In this document: one piece after another, positions 12,266 through 23,884 of the stretch | Layout: each line of letters begins with the position of its first letter | Position numbering within the stretch: the first letter of the stretch is position 1 | NCBI RefSeq assembly: GCF_006345805.1 | Contig: NC_043009.1 | Coordinates: 35,898,001-35,962,000 of the forward strand | Source of the DNA: Octopus sinensis | Lineage: Eukaryota | Reading direction: 5' to 3' | Length of the DNA: 64,000 nucleotides | Position numbers and translations under genes: made by a program | The notes under the pieces: model-generated | Told to the model about the DNA's origin: nothing | What the model saw: the letters and a program-made list of their open reading frames with translations, nothing else | The model's database searches: none

Positions 12266-12343
12266 GGACGGTAATGGTGAACCGGTTCACCGTTACCATC
12301 TCACGGATCACTATACACACACACACACGCACACACACACACA

Positions 12344-12387
<44 letters not shown>

Positions 12388-12413
12388 TATATATATAATA
12401 TATATATATATAT

Positions 12414-12531
12414 GTAGGTCCCGGGTTGAGTCGGGGTTAACCACAGTAAATAAGGTACTCAATACATAGCAGAGTAAATTAATTTATTTTATAGAAGGAG
12501 CTTCTATAGAAGCTCCTTCTATAAAATAAAT
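12414..12531 (-). mobile_element. Penelope-type terminal unit ending in a 50-bp perfect palindrome (second copy 13285-13402)
   Basis: Reverse complement matches 30686-30780. The palindrome is ATTTATTTTATAGAAGGAGCTTCTA|TAGAAGCTCCTTCTATAAAATAAAT at 12482-12531. Confidence 0.8.
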
Positions 12532-13226
12532 ATATATATATATAATATATATATATAAGTAAATAAATGGTACACCGATATCTACTGGAAAATAGCAATC
12601 GTATATATATATATATGTGAGAGGTACTACAGGCGTATTTTGATAAGCAATATACATGTATTATCAAAGCAAGTTTAAAACTACCATTTCATTTTGTTGT
12701 ATCCAGGAGAACCAGAGCGCGTGTTATTATTATTGACGCAATGATTCTTACAAGCATGAGCTTGTTATATCATTGGTGTATGCTTGCTCTCTCAGGCCTG
12801 CATACATGCAGACATAAGGCCACTCTGAGATAGGCGTAGAGCAGACCTCGGAGTGAGAGTGAAAGTTACCGAGTCACTGAAAAAATCGTGAACTGCGACA
12901 AAAGAACTTTGACTAACAAACAACCGATTGATTGTTTAACTAACACGTTAAACAAACGGTCGATTTGTTAGTCGGTTAGATATTTGATCAATTGACTGAC
13001 TAACACTAAAGAAGTGGAATTGAACCATTTCATTGTTATTTAGAAATTCTCTTATTTTTTATTACAAATTAGTTTTTAATTTCATTTAAACCTTACTAAC
13101 TTACTCAGTCAAAACTTGCCATGTGATTATAATTTGTTGATCTTCATGGCACACACTATCTTAAACATTTACTTCAAAGCCGCTGCTTTCTGAACTATAA
13201 CGCACACACACACACACACACACACA

Positions 13227-13287
<61 letters not shown>

Positions 13288-14072
13288 GGTCCCGGGTTGA
13301 GTCGGGGTTAACCACAGTAAATAAGGTACTCAATACATAGCAGAGTAAATTAATTTATTTTATAGAAGGAGCTTCTATAGAAGCTCCTTCTATAAAATAA
13401 ATATATATATATATATATATAAGTAAATAAATGGTACACCGATATCTACTGGAAAATAGCAATCGTATATATATATATATATGTGAGAGGTACTACAGGC
13501 GTATTTTGATAAGCAATATACATGTATTATCAAAGCAAGTTTAAAACTACCATTTCATTTTGTTGTATCCAGGAGAACCAGAGCGCGTGTTATTATTATT
13601 GACGCAATGATTCTTACAAGCATGAGCTTGTTATTATCATTGGTGTATGCTTGCTCTCTCAGGCCTGCATACATGCAGACATAAGGCCAACTCTGAGATA
13701 GGCGTAGAGCAGACCTCGGAGTGAGAGTGAAAGTTACCGAGTCACTGAAAAAATCGTGAACTGCGACAAAAGAACTTTGACTAACAAACAACCGATTGAT
13801 TGTTTAACTAACACGTTAAACAAACGGTCGATTTGTTAGTCGGTTAGATATTTGATCAATTGACTGACTAACACTAAAGAAGTGGAATTGAACCATTTCA
13901 TTGTTATTTAGAAATTCTCTTATTTTTTATTACAAATTAGTTTTTAATTTCATTTAAACCTTACTAACTTACTCAGTCAAAACTTGCCATGTGATTATAA
14001 TTTGTTGATCTTCATGGCACACACTATCTTAAACATTTACTTCAAAGCCGCTGCTTTCTGAACTATAACGCA
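12414..14072 (+). repeat. Near-identical direct tandem duplication, period 871 bp
   Basis: 12414-13203 matches 13285-14072. The units are joined by (CA)n(TA)n. Confidence 0.95.
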
Positions 14073-14930
14073 CACACACACAAACACACACACACACAAC
14101 ACGCACGCACACACACACACACTCCCTTTCTCTCGTTCTTTCTTTCTCTTTCTCTCTCACTTTCACTCTCGCTCTCTTCTCCTTTCTCTCTTTATAACTA
14201 TATTACAGTATTTATACTTAACGCTGTGTTCCATCTTGCTCTGTCGAAAAGATGAAAAAAAATCAAAAACTGAAAATACACAAAATGACACAGCTTTCCA
14301 ATACCAGGTGTCATTTATCAAAATAGTATCAGCATTTTAGCATTGACTTACACTAAAGTACATCACAGCAGCAAAATACAGCTTGTATAACATGACAATA
14401 ACTTATGAATATTGATATATTTATGACAATATAATATAACATGTATATTTTATTGCATATTTATATGGTATTTATATATTTATATAAGCTTTATTGTACA
14501 CTGTATATGTTATCTATATATTATTCATAAATTTCTACAAGCTTATTCTGTATGGCAGATGTTATTATATATTAATATATTTATGGAATCTTGCACATAC
14601 ACACACGCGCGCACACGAATATATTTATATAATATTGCTATACTTATATGATATGTCCCCTACATTACACTAATGAAGTCTAAGATGAAACATGGATGTC
14701 AGTAATGGTTCCCATGCTAACATATAACTGTAATAACATTCTCTGCTCTTTAACAATGTAATATTGAATAATATTTCTACATTTCAAGTAGTCTCTGCGT
14801 GGGTTCGTGTGAGTTCTAGTGCGTACACTTGCGTGTGTGTATATATATGTGTGTGTGCGCGCGCTGGGGCGCGCGCCGGAGTCTACATCTCCAATTGTAT
14901 AATTTGTAGGCGGAGGTGTGGCTGTTTGGT

Positions 14931-15158
14931 AGCTGGCAGAATCGTTAGCACACCGGGCGAAATGCTTAGCAGCATTTCGTCTGCCGCTACGTTCTGAGTT
15001 CAAATTCCGCCGTGGTATCAACTTTGCCTTTCATCCTTTCGGGGTCGATTAAATAAGTACCAGATACGCACTGGGGTCGATATAATCGACTTAATCTGTT
15101 TGTCTGTCTTTGTTTGTCCCCTATGTGTGTAGCCTCTTGTGGGCAGTAAAGAAATAAG
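14931..15158 (+). mobile_element. SINE family B inserted in the head of a family A SINE (A spans 14909-15545)
   Basis: The A head GGCGGAGGTGTGGCTGTTTGGT precedes B, and A resumes as AGAAATTTGCTTCCCAATCAC after the B tail. Confidence 0.8.
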
Positions 15159-15832
15159 AAATTTGCTTCCCAATCACGAGGTTTCGTTTCAGACCCACAG
15201 CGTGCACCTTGGCCAATTGTCTTCTCCTATAACCTTGGGTCGACCAAAGCCTTGTACGTAGATTTGGTTGACAGAAACTGAAAGAAGCTTGTCATATATA
15301 GAGCACATGACGATTATATGTTTGTGTGTGTGTGTGTGTATTTGTGTCTGTCTTTATCCCCCAGCTCTGCTTGACATTCGACGGTGGTGTATTTGCGTTC
15401 CCGTAACTTTGTGGTTCGACAAAAACGACGGATAGAATGAAAAAGCGACTTTTACAAAACTAAGTACTGGAGTCTGTTCGTTCGTCTAAAACCCTTCGAT
15501 GCAGTGTCACAGCATGACCGCAGTCTTATAATTCAAGCAATTACACAGTAAAAGCTATTCTAATATACTGAATTTCAATACAATGAGATAATGAGAATTT
15601 GCTTATGCACCGCAAAGGAACAATGGTACATGCAATTGGATAATAATTGTATCAGAATGTTCAAATACGCAATTTGAACATTCAAGAGAATGAAAGTAAA
15701 ACATTCTTTTGAATGTTTTATTCAAGAGAAATAAAACATTCTCTTTATCATTCTCTTGAAATGAAAAGAGAGAATGAAAATAAACGAAACTTAAAAAATA
15801 AACTAGAAAACCCAAATGGAAAGAAGTATTAT

Positions 15833-15869
<37 letters not shown>

Positions 15870-16249
15870 TAATAATAATAATAAAGATTAAAAAATATTA
15901 ATTTAAGAGACCATAGAAATACAAAAATTTTGAAAATTATGATAAGACGTACAGGATAAAACAGTTAATCAAGGTAGCCAAAGAAAATATATAATCAAGC
16001 TTACCAAAAAATATGAAAATAAAGTCAAAAGACATAATAAAATACAAAGAAAGTAAAAACAAATTCAAATATATAATAAATTCAGAATTCTCCTTTTCGT
16101 CCAAAAAAGATATCCATAGAAATTAGATGTAAATGTAAAAACCCAGCGAAGGAAGCTAAGAACCTACCTTACTGAGTAAATTAAATGTATATCCCTAAGT
16201 TTATAGACAATAGTGCATTGGTTATTATCTAATCTGATATCTCGCTCGA

Positions 16250-16610
16250 TTCAATCGTAGTTATCTAGGGAACTTTCTAAATGTTTTATTTCAAAAATGA
16301 TTGTATCGTATAGCTAATTCCTGTCATTGATTTATAATACTATCCTCTGGCATTATAAGTCGATTAAGTATTTCGAGTGAACCTTCAAGACAAAGTTCGC
16401 ATCTCAATTCGTCTACGTCGTACGGCTGTGCTCTAATTAAAATCGATCATTCTAAATTATATTTAGTTTTGGTGACACTAATTTGCCAGATTAGCTCACT
16501 AAATAATGTCCAGTTTTCTTGATTTCTATGTCTAAATGATGAGACGTGGTTGTACAAACAAAGTTTAAAAGTTGTTGCGCAACATTCTCTATCATAGTAA
16601 ATTTTATTAA
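16250..16610 (-). mobile_element. Penelope-like GIY-YIG remnant
   Basis: Minus frame CCATTFKLCLYNHVSSFRHRNQENWTLFSELIWQI...YNLE*SILIRAQPYDVDELRCELCLE parallels the 8407 fragment. Confidence 0.75.
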
Positions 16611-16698
16611 CTATGTACAATGTTCTTCTTCTGACAGTTTATTTAACGGAGATTTCGTCCGTCCTCTACAATTACGTTAATTTTACTTTTCTTCTTAG

Positions 16699-16784
16699 AA
16701 TTATTATTATTATTATTATTATTATCATTATTATTATTATTATCATTATTATTATTATTATTATTATCATTATTATTATTATTA

Positions 16785-16819
<35 letters not shown>

Positions 16820-16834
16820 ATTATTATTATTATT
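16699..16834. repeat. (ATT)n/(TAA)n microsatellite
   Basis: Direct reading. It abuts the 3' end of the R4/Dong-like LINE. Confidence 0.95.
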
Positions 16835-17815
16835 AACTCAACAGATTAAACTGCTGAAAAAGAAAAATTCCTAACATAGGGCTAGAACAAGGAACCTTAG
16901 ATACCAAGAACCCTCCTAAGTACCCTAGCGGTCAATAATAACACTCTTTTCTTGTGTCGTATGAAACTGGGTTTTATGCCGATTTCCTCTTGCCATCATC
17001 ACCTTTTGCTAGGGTACCTATGACAACGGGTGTTGTTTTAGTCTTCAGGTTCCACATTTTACCAATTTCTATTTCAAACTCTTTATACTTGCTCAGTTTT
17101 TAATAAGTCTTGCCATACATTTATGTCGCTTGGGACAGACATTTCAACGAGGAGGCATGATTTCTGTCTGAAGTCTCTCAACATGTCTGGCCTATTCGCA
17201 TCTATCTTTCTGTCAGTTTGAACGATGAAGTTCCAAAGGAGTGAGATGTGATCATTTCCAAGCTCTGGAGGTGGTTTGTGTTTCCATCAGTTTTTTATCA
17301 TGGGGCAGGTCCAGGTTTTTGCAAATAACCCAGTAAATATATTGTGCAGCTATATCATGCCTGTTGAGATACTCTGTAGGTACAAGAAGACTGCACTTGG
17401 AGACAGCGTCACCAATGGTTTCATTTTGTTGATTACATACACGACATGTTGGGCTACTGCCAATCTTTAATATGTTGGCTGGGTAGTTCCTTGTAGGTAG
17501 GCATTGAACTTGGGCTGCTATGATAAACCCTTCTGTCTCTGATTTTAAACCAGAAGACACTAACTATTGACGAGTAAGGGCTTTGCCAACATGGGCATTA
17601 TTCGCTCTCTTTGGGTATTTGCCATTGAGAGGTTGTTTTGCCATGTATCAGTAAGAATATATTAGGCAACAGTTTTAGCACGGTTTTCACACGCGTAGCT
17701 TTTTCTGTGCTTGTTTCCAGTACGTCTAATTCAGGAATTTGTTGCATTTGGAACTCGCTTAGATATTCCTTTGCATGTTTTGTGACTGAATATCATGCTT
17801 TCTTGCTTTCATCCA
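16835..17815 (-). mobile_element. R4/Dong-like LINE 3' fragment (CCHC-like finger plus restriction-like endonuclease)
   Basis: GLKSETEGFIIAAQ...CRVCNQQNETI...C...LLWNFIVQTDRKIDANRPD...VPSD..., with C-terminus VLLLTARVLRRVLGI* (stop 16897-16899), a short 3' UTR, then (TAA)n. Confidence 0.8.
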
Positions 17816-17828
17816 TTATTATTATTAT

Positions 17829-17878
<50 letters not shown>

Positions 17879-18018
17879 GCATCATGACTGTCACTATTAT
17901 TTTTTATGCCTTTATCATCAATACTATTATCATAATTCTTCCGGTCCATATTGTTAAACTTTTTTTTTATATCTGTCTGAGTTACTTTAGTTTTTAATCT
18001 TTTTTTTATTCTGAATTC

Positions 18019-18400
18019 TCATAGTTTACAGGCGCTAGCATACGCTGTTATTTGTGTTATACTTCCCGTTGTGCAGAACGCAAATTTTACTGAGCGCTTG
18101 TTAAACAATTTCCCGTATCGGGTGAATAGAGACAAATGCTTCTCAAAAGCGGCGAAGAATTTCCTCGGGGTGTTTATTTCAATTTGCACCCCGCATAGAT
18201 CATTCCACCAGACTAACTGCTTAGATTTAGCTTTCTTATTTTCATAGTGAGTATATTCAGCTCTCTTTCTCTTCGCCAATTGATTCAGTTTAGATCCGCT
18301 CCCATCAGGATATTCTTCTAAATATTTTCGTCGACAACATTATGTTAATAAAGAGAATTACACACGTAATAAATCCAATTTATATATGTTTTGTATATAA
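18019..18400 (-). mobile_element. Penelope-like RT-to-endonuclease linker remnant
   Basis: LVWWNDLCGVQIEINTPRKFFAAFEKHLS...KLFNKRSVKFAFC resembles the PLE IWFNPP..N..KF..L.KHF....KIFNR.TVK.SYSC region. Confidence 0.6.
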
Positions 18401-18829
18401 AAAACTTATTCCTGTAGCGATTTCCTAATAGAATTAAAAGGTAGACAGAAAAAATATACATATTTTATTGAAGAGATTAATACAAAATCCAGAAAATGTT
18501 AATAAAACCCCCTAGAAAGAAAGATAACTATCTTGAATCTCAAGATTTGCTAATGAGATTCGAAGGGATTTACTGGTACTGTTTTAGTGCTATTGTTGAC
18601 TTGCATTAAACAAATTCGTTTTAATATTATATATTGGTTACAGTTAAATTTATGTAAACTACTTTACAGTGCGGGATGTATATCAAATCCCGAATTAATC
18701 TGCCATGGTGCATGCCTGTGTTATTGGGATCAACAGGGCTAGCAAATGCGAGGTATTTCATTGAGAAAGCTTTCCGACAGAAGGGCCATCAAAAGTTCTG
18801 ATGTTATATTTGGTTCTCAAATATGTGTG

Positions 18830-18832
18830 TAT

Positions 18833-18910
<78 letters not shown>

Positions 18911-19027
18911 ACACACACACATATATATATATATACGTATACATACAGGCATACATATAAATACATACATATATATACATGCAAACACACACATATATAT
19001 ATATACATATACATACACATAAATATA

Positions 19028-19065
<38 letters not shown>

Positions 19066-19075
19066 CACATAAATA

Positions 19076-19107
<32 letters not shown>

Positions 19108-19128
19108 CATACACATAAATATATATGT

Positions 19129-19161
<33 letters not shown>

Positions 19162-19165
19162 TATA
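18830..19165. repeat. (CA)n/(TA)n compound microsatellite
   Basis: Direct reading. It explains five overlapping ORF-track entries. Confidence 0.95.
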
Positions 19166-19335
19166 TTTGTTAGGGAATAAAAATTCCGGCATAACAGGAG
19201 TTCAAATTATTCTCAATGAAGAAATATATATTTTCATTTAGAGATAGTAGGTACATGAAACACGTGTAGCCAAGTTATAAAGTAGTAGGTATTTAAAATA
19301 AAAATTCTTTTTTATATGGTGAGATGAAGGGAACT

Positions 19336-19372
<37 letters not shown>

Positions 19373-19544
19373 TTTCTTCTTTTCTACTCAGATTTAAGAA
19401 AGAAAATTATAAGAGAGAGAGAGATAATTAAAGGTCCCTTATCTTTTCAAATTTCGGAGTATTATTATTGCATCTGTAAAACAGAACAGTTTGGGGATCG
19501 GACCCAAGTGGAAACACAATATACATTCACATTCCATAATATAG

Positions 19545-19593
<49 letters not shown>

Positions 19594-20699
19594 TGAAAGT
19601 AGTTTTAAAACAAATTTATGATTTTCTTTATACGTAACTCCATTAGAAAGGTAAGGCATCAGTTTCCACTAACAATGTCATGTGTTGATTAAATGGTACG
19701 TCTGTTATTAATATTTTACTTTTTACGATACAGATTTAAGGTTATATGTAAGGTATAAAAAAAAAGAATTGAACATGATTACAAGTAATTGAAATGAAAA
19801 CTGAAAAAAGGCAGCTTTTTTTAATTTTAAAGTAATGCTTAAATAATGACGTTAATCGTGTTACATTCATACACGAAGATAGAATTTAAATCTCACGTAA
19901 AAATAACGTTTTGTGCTAAGTGAACAAAGAAAATCAGCAGAAAACATGATCACTGCTTACAACACGAATGATAAATGCCGCACATTACACCTACATAAGG
20001 TCTGAGAAACTTGAGGAAAAGTATATGTCATCGATGACATCATTGTCAGCTCGAAAGTTGGGCAAGTTGTCGGTATCCACCTACGAAATAATATTTTGTT
20101 TGAAAGGTTGCATAAACAGTTTTACATAAAGTGTTGTATATGTTCTTTTGCTGTTTTTTGCTTTTATTTGTTTCAGTCATTTGACTGCAGTCATACTGGA
20201 GCACCGCCTTTAGTCGAACAAATCGACTCGAGAATTTATTCTTTGTAAGCCGAGTACTTATTCTATCTCTGACTTTTGCCGGGCCGCTAAGTTACGAGAA
20301 CGCGAACACGCCAACACTGGTTGTCAAGCGATGGTAGGAGGACAAACACAGAAACACAAACATACACACACATACACGAACATACACATACACATATACG
20401 AACATACACACACACATATGTGCGCGCGCGAGTGTGTGTGTATAACCAAGAAAGAGAACAAATTTCAAAGGTCCGTGTTCATATTCATTCAATATATTTC
20501 AAAGTATCAGAATACTCTACGCCATACATAGGTGCATTGTATGTCCGTATTAAAATCAATGGGAATACTGAAATATACTGATGGTGAATGTCTAGCGGTA
20601 ATCCAATACATGAGAAAGTTGGTATAAAATGATTTCAAAACGAAATCTTGAGCAGGTTCGGAGTCTGACAATAGTTTCGAGAAGATGTAAGTTGGTAAC

Positions 20700-21860
20700 A
20701 TCTATATTTCTGTGATCAGAGTTAATCTAAAGGATTTATAAAATAGTTATTTGAATCTTAACATTTTAACCAGCATGAGAAATTTAAGAATTTTTTTAAA
20801 ATCGAATATTCAGGCGGATGATATAATAAGAGCTAAAATTACATATCTAAATAAATTATGAAGCTATAGATAATAGCGGGTATAATGTGGGTAGCTAACA
20901 TAGTTCATTTTCTTGTTTCGTGATTAATAAATAAATTTGTGTAACCTGTATCTATTCTAAAAATCAGTCGTACTTCCCATGTATATATTTTTGGGTTAAA
21001 TAAAGTTAAAACAATGTATGTGTGTGTGTGTGCGTGTATACATACATATAGGATAACTAGGTTAAAATCATATAAACTAATTATTTTTAGAAAGACATTT
21101 AAAAGTTGATAAATATTTATGTCTTCAAAGAATAATGACAACCGAGACATTGTTAGCAAATGTTTTTTGTCAGCCTAGAGTATATAGATCGCTCCTTTTG
21201 TGCATAATTTACAGTTTCTTTCTGTGCGTATGGTATGGTGTATGAATGCCCAGTGGACGGCCGATGTAACACCGAGGCTACAATGTACCAAGCAAAGATA
21301 GCCTCAAGCGGAATCAGCACAAATATCAATGGCATCAATGCCAACACAGAGACACAAACTAAAATTTATCTCGGATCTTGTGAAACCAGATTTAAAATTC
21401 ACCTGAACAACCACAGATCTTCTTTCAGGATCCCGGAAAGATGAAATAACACTTGCAGCATACGTATGGCGCCTAAAGGACGATCATACGCCCTTTGACA
21501 TCAGGTGGAAATTATTGGAAACTTGTGGGCTCTATCGTAATGGAACAAGATGGTAAATTGTGCTTGGCAGAAATATTTATAATTCTCATGAACTCACATG
21601 AGCCAGGAGGTTACATTTACCGTAGGGATTTGTCCACATTTTCGGAAACTTTCACTTCAAAATTGGAAAACTTAGCTATCAAGTGAAGGGAGACAACTCG
21701 CCCGGCCATATTTTTAAAGAAGATTCTTTCTTGAACCATCACCGGCGTTCTTCTGTTTGAAAACAAACATTTTTGCACACAACGGTTAACTGTTAGAGAA
21801 ACTGAAGAGATGTCTAGTTCACGCTAGATATGAAACCAAAGGTATTTATCTAAACTTACA
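20700..21860 (+). mobile_element. Penelope-like element 3' remnant (GIY-YIG plus terminal HHR)
   Basis: ECPVDGRCNTEATMYQAKI...KIYLGSCETRFKIHLNNHRSSFR, then LAAYVWRLKD....DIRWKLL...CLAE. The 5' part is heavily decayed, so that boundary is uncertain. Confidence 0.8.
21792..21855 (+). ncRNA. Type I hammerhead motif (C11.1 apparently deleted)
   Basis: Stem I GTTAGAGAAA/TTTATCTAAAC; CTGAAGA (21802); stem II ATGTCTAG/CTAGATAT; GAAAC-CAAAG-GTA. Confidence 0.7.
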
Positions 21861-21886
21861 CATACACAAATATATATATATATATG

Positions 21887-21924
<38 letters not shown>

Positions 21925-21933
<9 letters not shown>

Positions 21934-22205
21934 TTATTCTTTTATTCTTTTACATGATTGAATCATTTGACAGCAAACATTCTGGAGCATCGACACCAGG
22001 ACTTATTCGTTGTAAGCCTAGTATTTATTGTATGGGTTCTTTTGCAGAACCACTAAGTTACGGGGACGTAAACATACTAACATAGGTTATCAAGCGATGG
22101 TGGGGACAAACACAGACACAAAGACATACACACATAAATATATATATATACATAAATATATATATATATATAAATATATATATATACATAGATTGATTGA
22201 TAGAC

Positions 22206-22274
<69 letters not shown>

Positions 22275-22450
22275 TATAGATAGATAGATAGATAGATATA
22301 GATATAGATATACACATATAACATATATACATATATATAAACGGGCTGCCCTAAGCTATAGTAGAAGACACCCAAAGTACCATGCAGTGGGACTGAACCT
22401 GGAACCATATGATTGGTAAGTAAACTTCTTATCACACAGCCACGCGTGTG
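21925..22450 (-). mobile_element. SINE family A with internal (GATA)n
   Basis: Reverse complement of the family A head (GTGGGACTGAACC) and tail (TTCTTTTATTCTTTTAC). Partial minus copies lie at about 20160-20345 and 30825-31020. Confidence 0.85.
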
Positions 22451-22543
22451 TCTATATATATATATATTATATATATATATATACTTAAATATTATTTTTT
22501 AGGGAATAAAAATTCCGGCATAACAGAGGTTCAAAATATTCTA

Positions 22544-22656
22544 AATGAAGAAAATATTTTAATTTAGAGATGGTAGACCCCTACATCTCACCAAATTCAA
22601 TTTATTTGGTGAGATGTAGGGGTCTACCATCTCTAAATTAAAAATATTTCTTCATT
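22544..22656. repeat. Fold-back palindrome (about 53-bp arms, 7-nt loop)
   Basis: AATGAAGAAA...CTACATCTCACCAAAT-TCAATTT-ATTTGGTGAGATGTAG...TTTCTTCATT. The same family occurs unfolded at 19170-19255. Confidence 0.9.
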
Positions 22657-22690
22657 GAGTATATATATATATATATATATATATATCTAT

Positions 22691-22734
<44 letters not shown>

Positions 22735-22744
22735 ATTGATAGAC

Positions 22745-22824
<80 letters not shown>

Positions 22825-22894
22825 GGATAGATATAGATATACACATATATACATATATACATATGTATATATATATATACATACCTGTATATAT

Positions 22895-23189
22895 AAACAG
22901 TTGCAGCGTGGAAGGTGTTTGTAAGCCATTTAAGAAACACACAAAAACCGTTAGATTCACTTCAACATTTAAATTCAATTTGTCAAAATATTTGCGTCGC
23001 TTTGAGACCGCGACCTGTTCACTGACAAAACTTCGTGCTGAGATGCAGCACAAAGTTTTGTCAGTGAACAGGTCGTGGTCTCAGAGCGATGAAAATATTT
23101 TGACATATTGAATTTAAATGTTGAAGTGAATCTAACAGTTTTTGTGTTTCTTAAATGGCTTACAAACACCTCCCACGCTGCAATTGTTT
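22895..23189. repeat. Fold-back palindrome (about 145-bp arms, 5-nt loop AGATG)
   Basis: 22895-23040 is the reverse complement of 23046-23189 with few mismatches. Confidence 0.95.
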
Positions 23190-23236
23190 TCGTTGCAGCA
23201 CACCATCTCAGATCAGGTCACTTGCTATGCAAGTAC

Positions 23237-23282
<46 letters not shown>

Positions 23283-23630
23283 GAGAGAGTGAGAGAGAGA
23301 GAGAGTGAGAGAGAGAGAGAGAGAGAGGAGAGATTCGGTGGAATTAAGTACCTAAATTGAAGGACCAAGTCAGTCCGGTAATATCGGCAAAGCTCGAAGT
23401 AAGGTGAATAGAAACAAAATAAGCAACAGGATATTAAGATATCAAGTAGTAAAAATAAATAAAAACCTTATAGGTAAACTTCACATATATTTTAATAATT
23501 ATACACATAATTATAACAAGGTATTCCCTATTACCCTCTCCACGCGCTAGGAAATTGGACGCCAAGAGATGCGCTTGCAGAGGCTTCTAGCCAATCTCTT
23601 GTTATAATTATGTATATACTTATAATATAT

Positions 23631-23712
<82 letters not shown>

Positions 23713-23884
23713 CATATATATTACATATATATATATACATACATACATACATACATACATTCATTCATACATACATACATACATACATACATGCATACAT
23801 ATATACATACATAAATACATACATACATACATACATACAAACATACATACATGTATATATATATCTCTCTCTCTCTCTCTTCCT

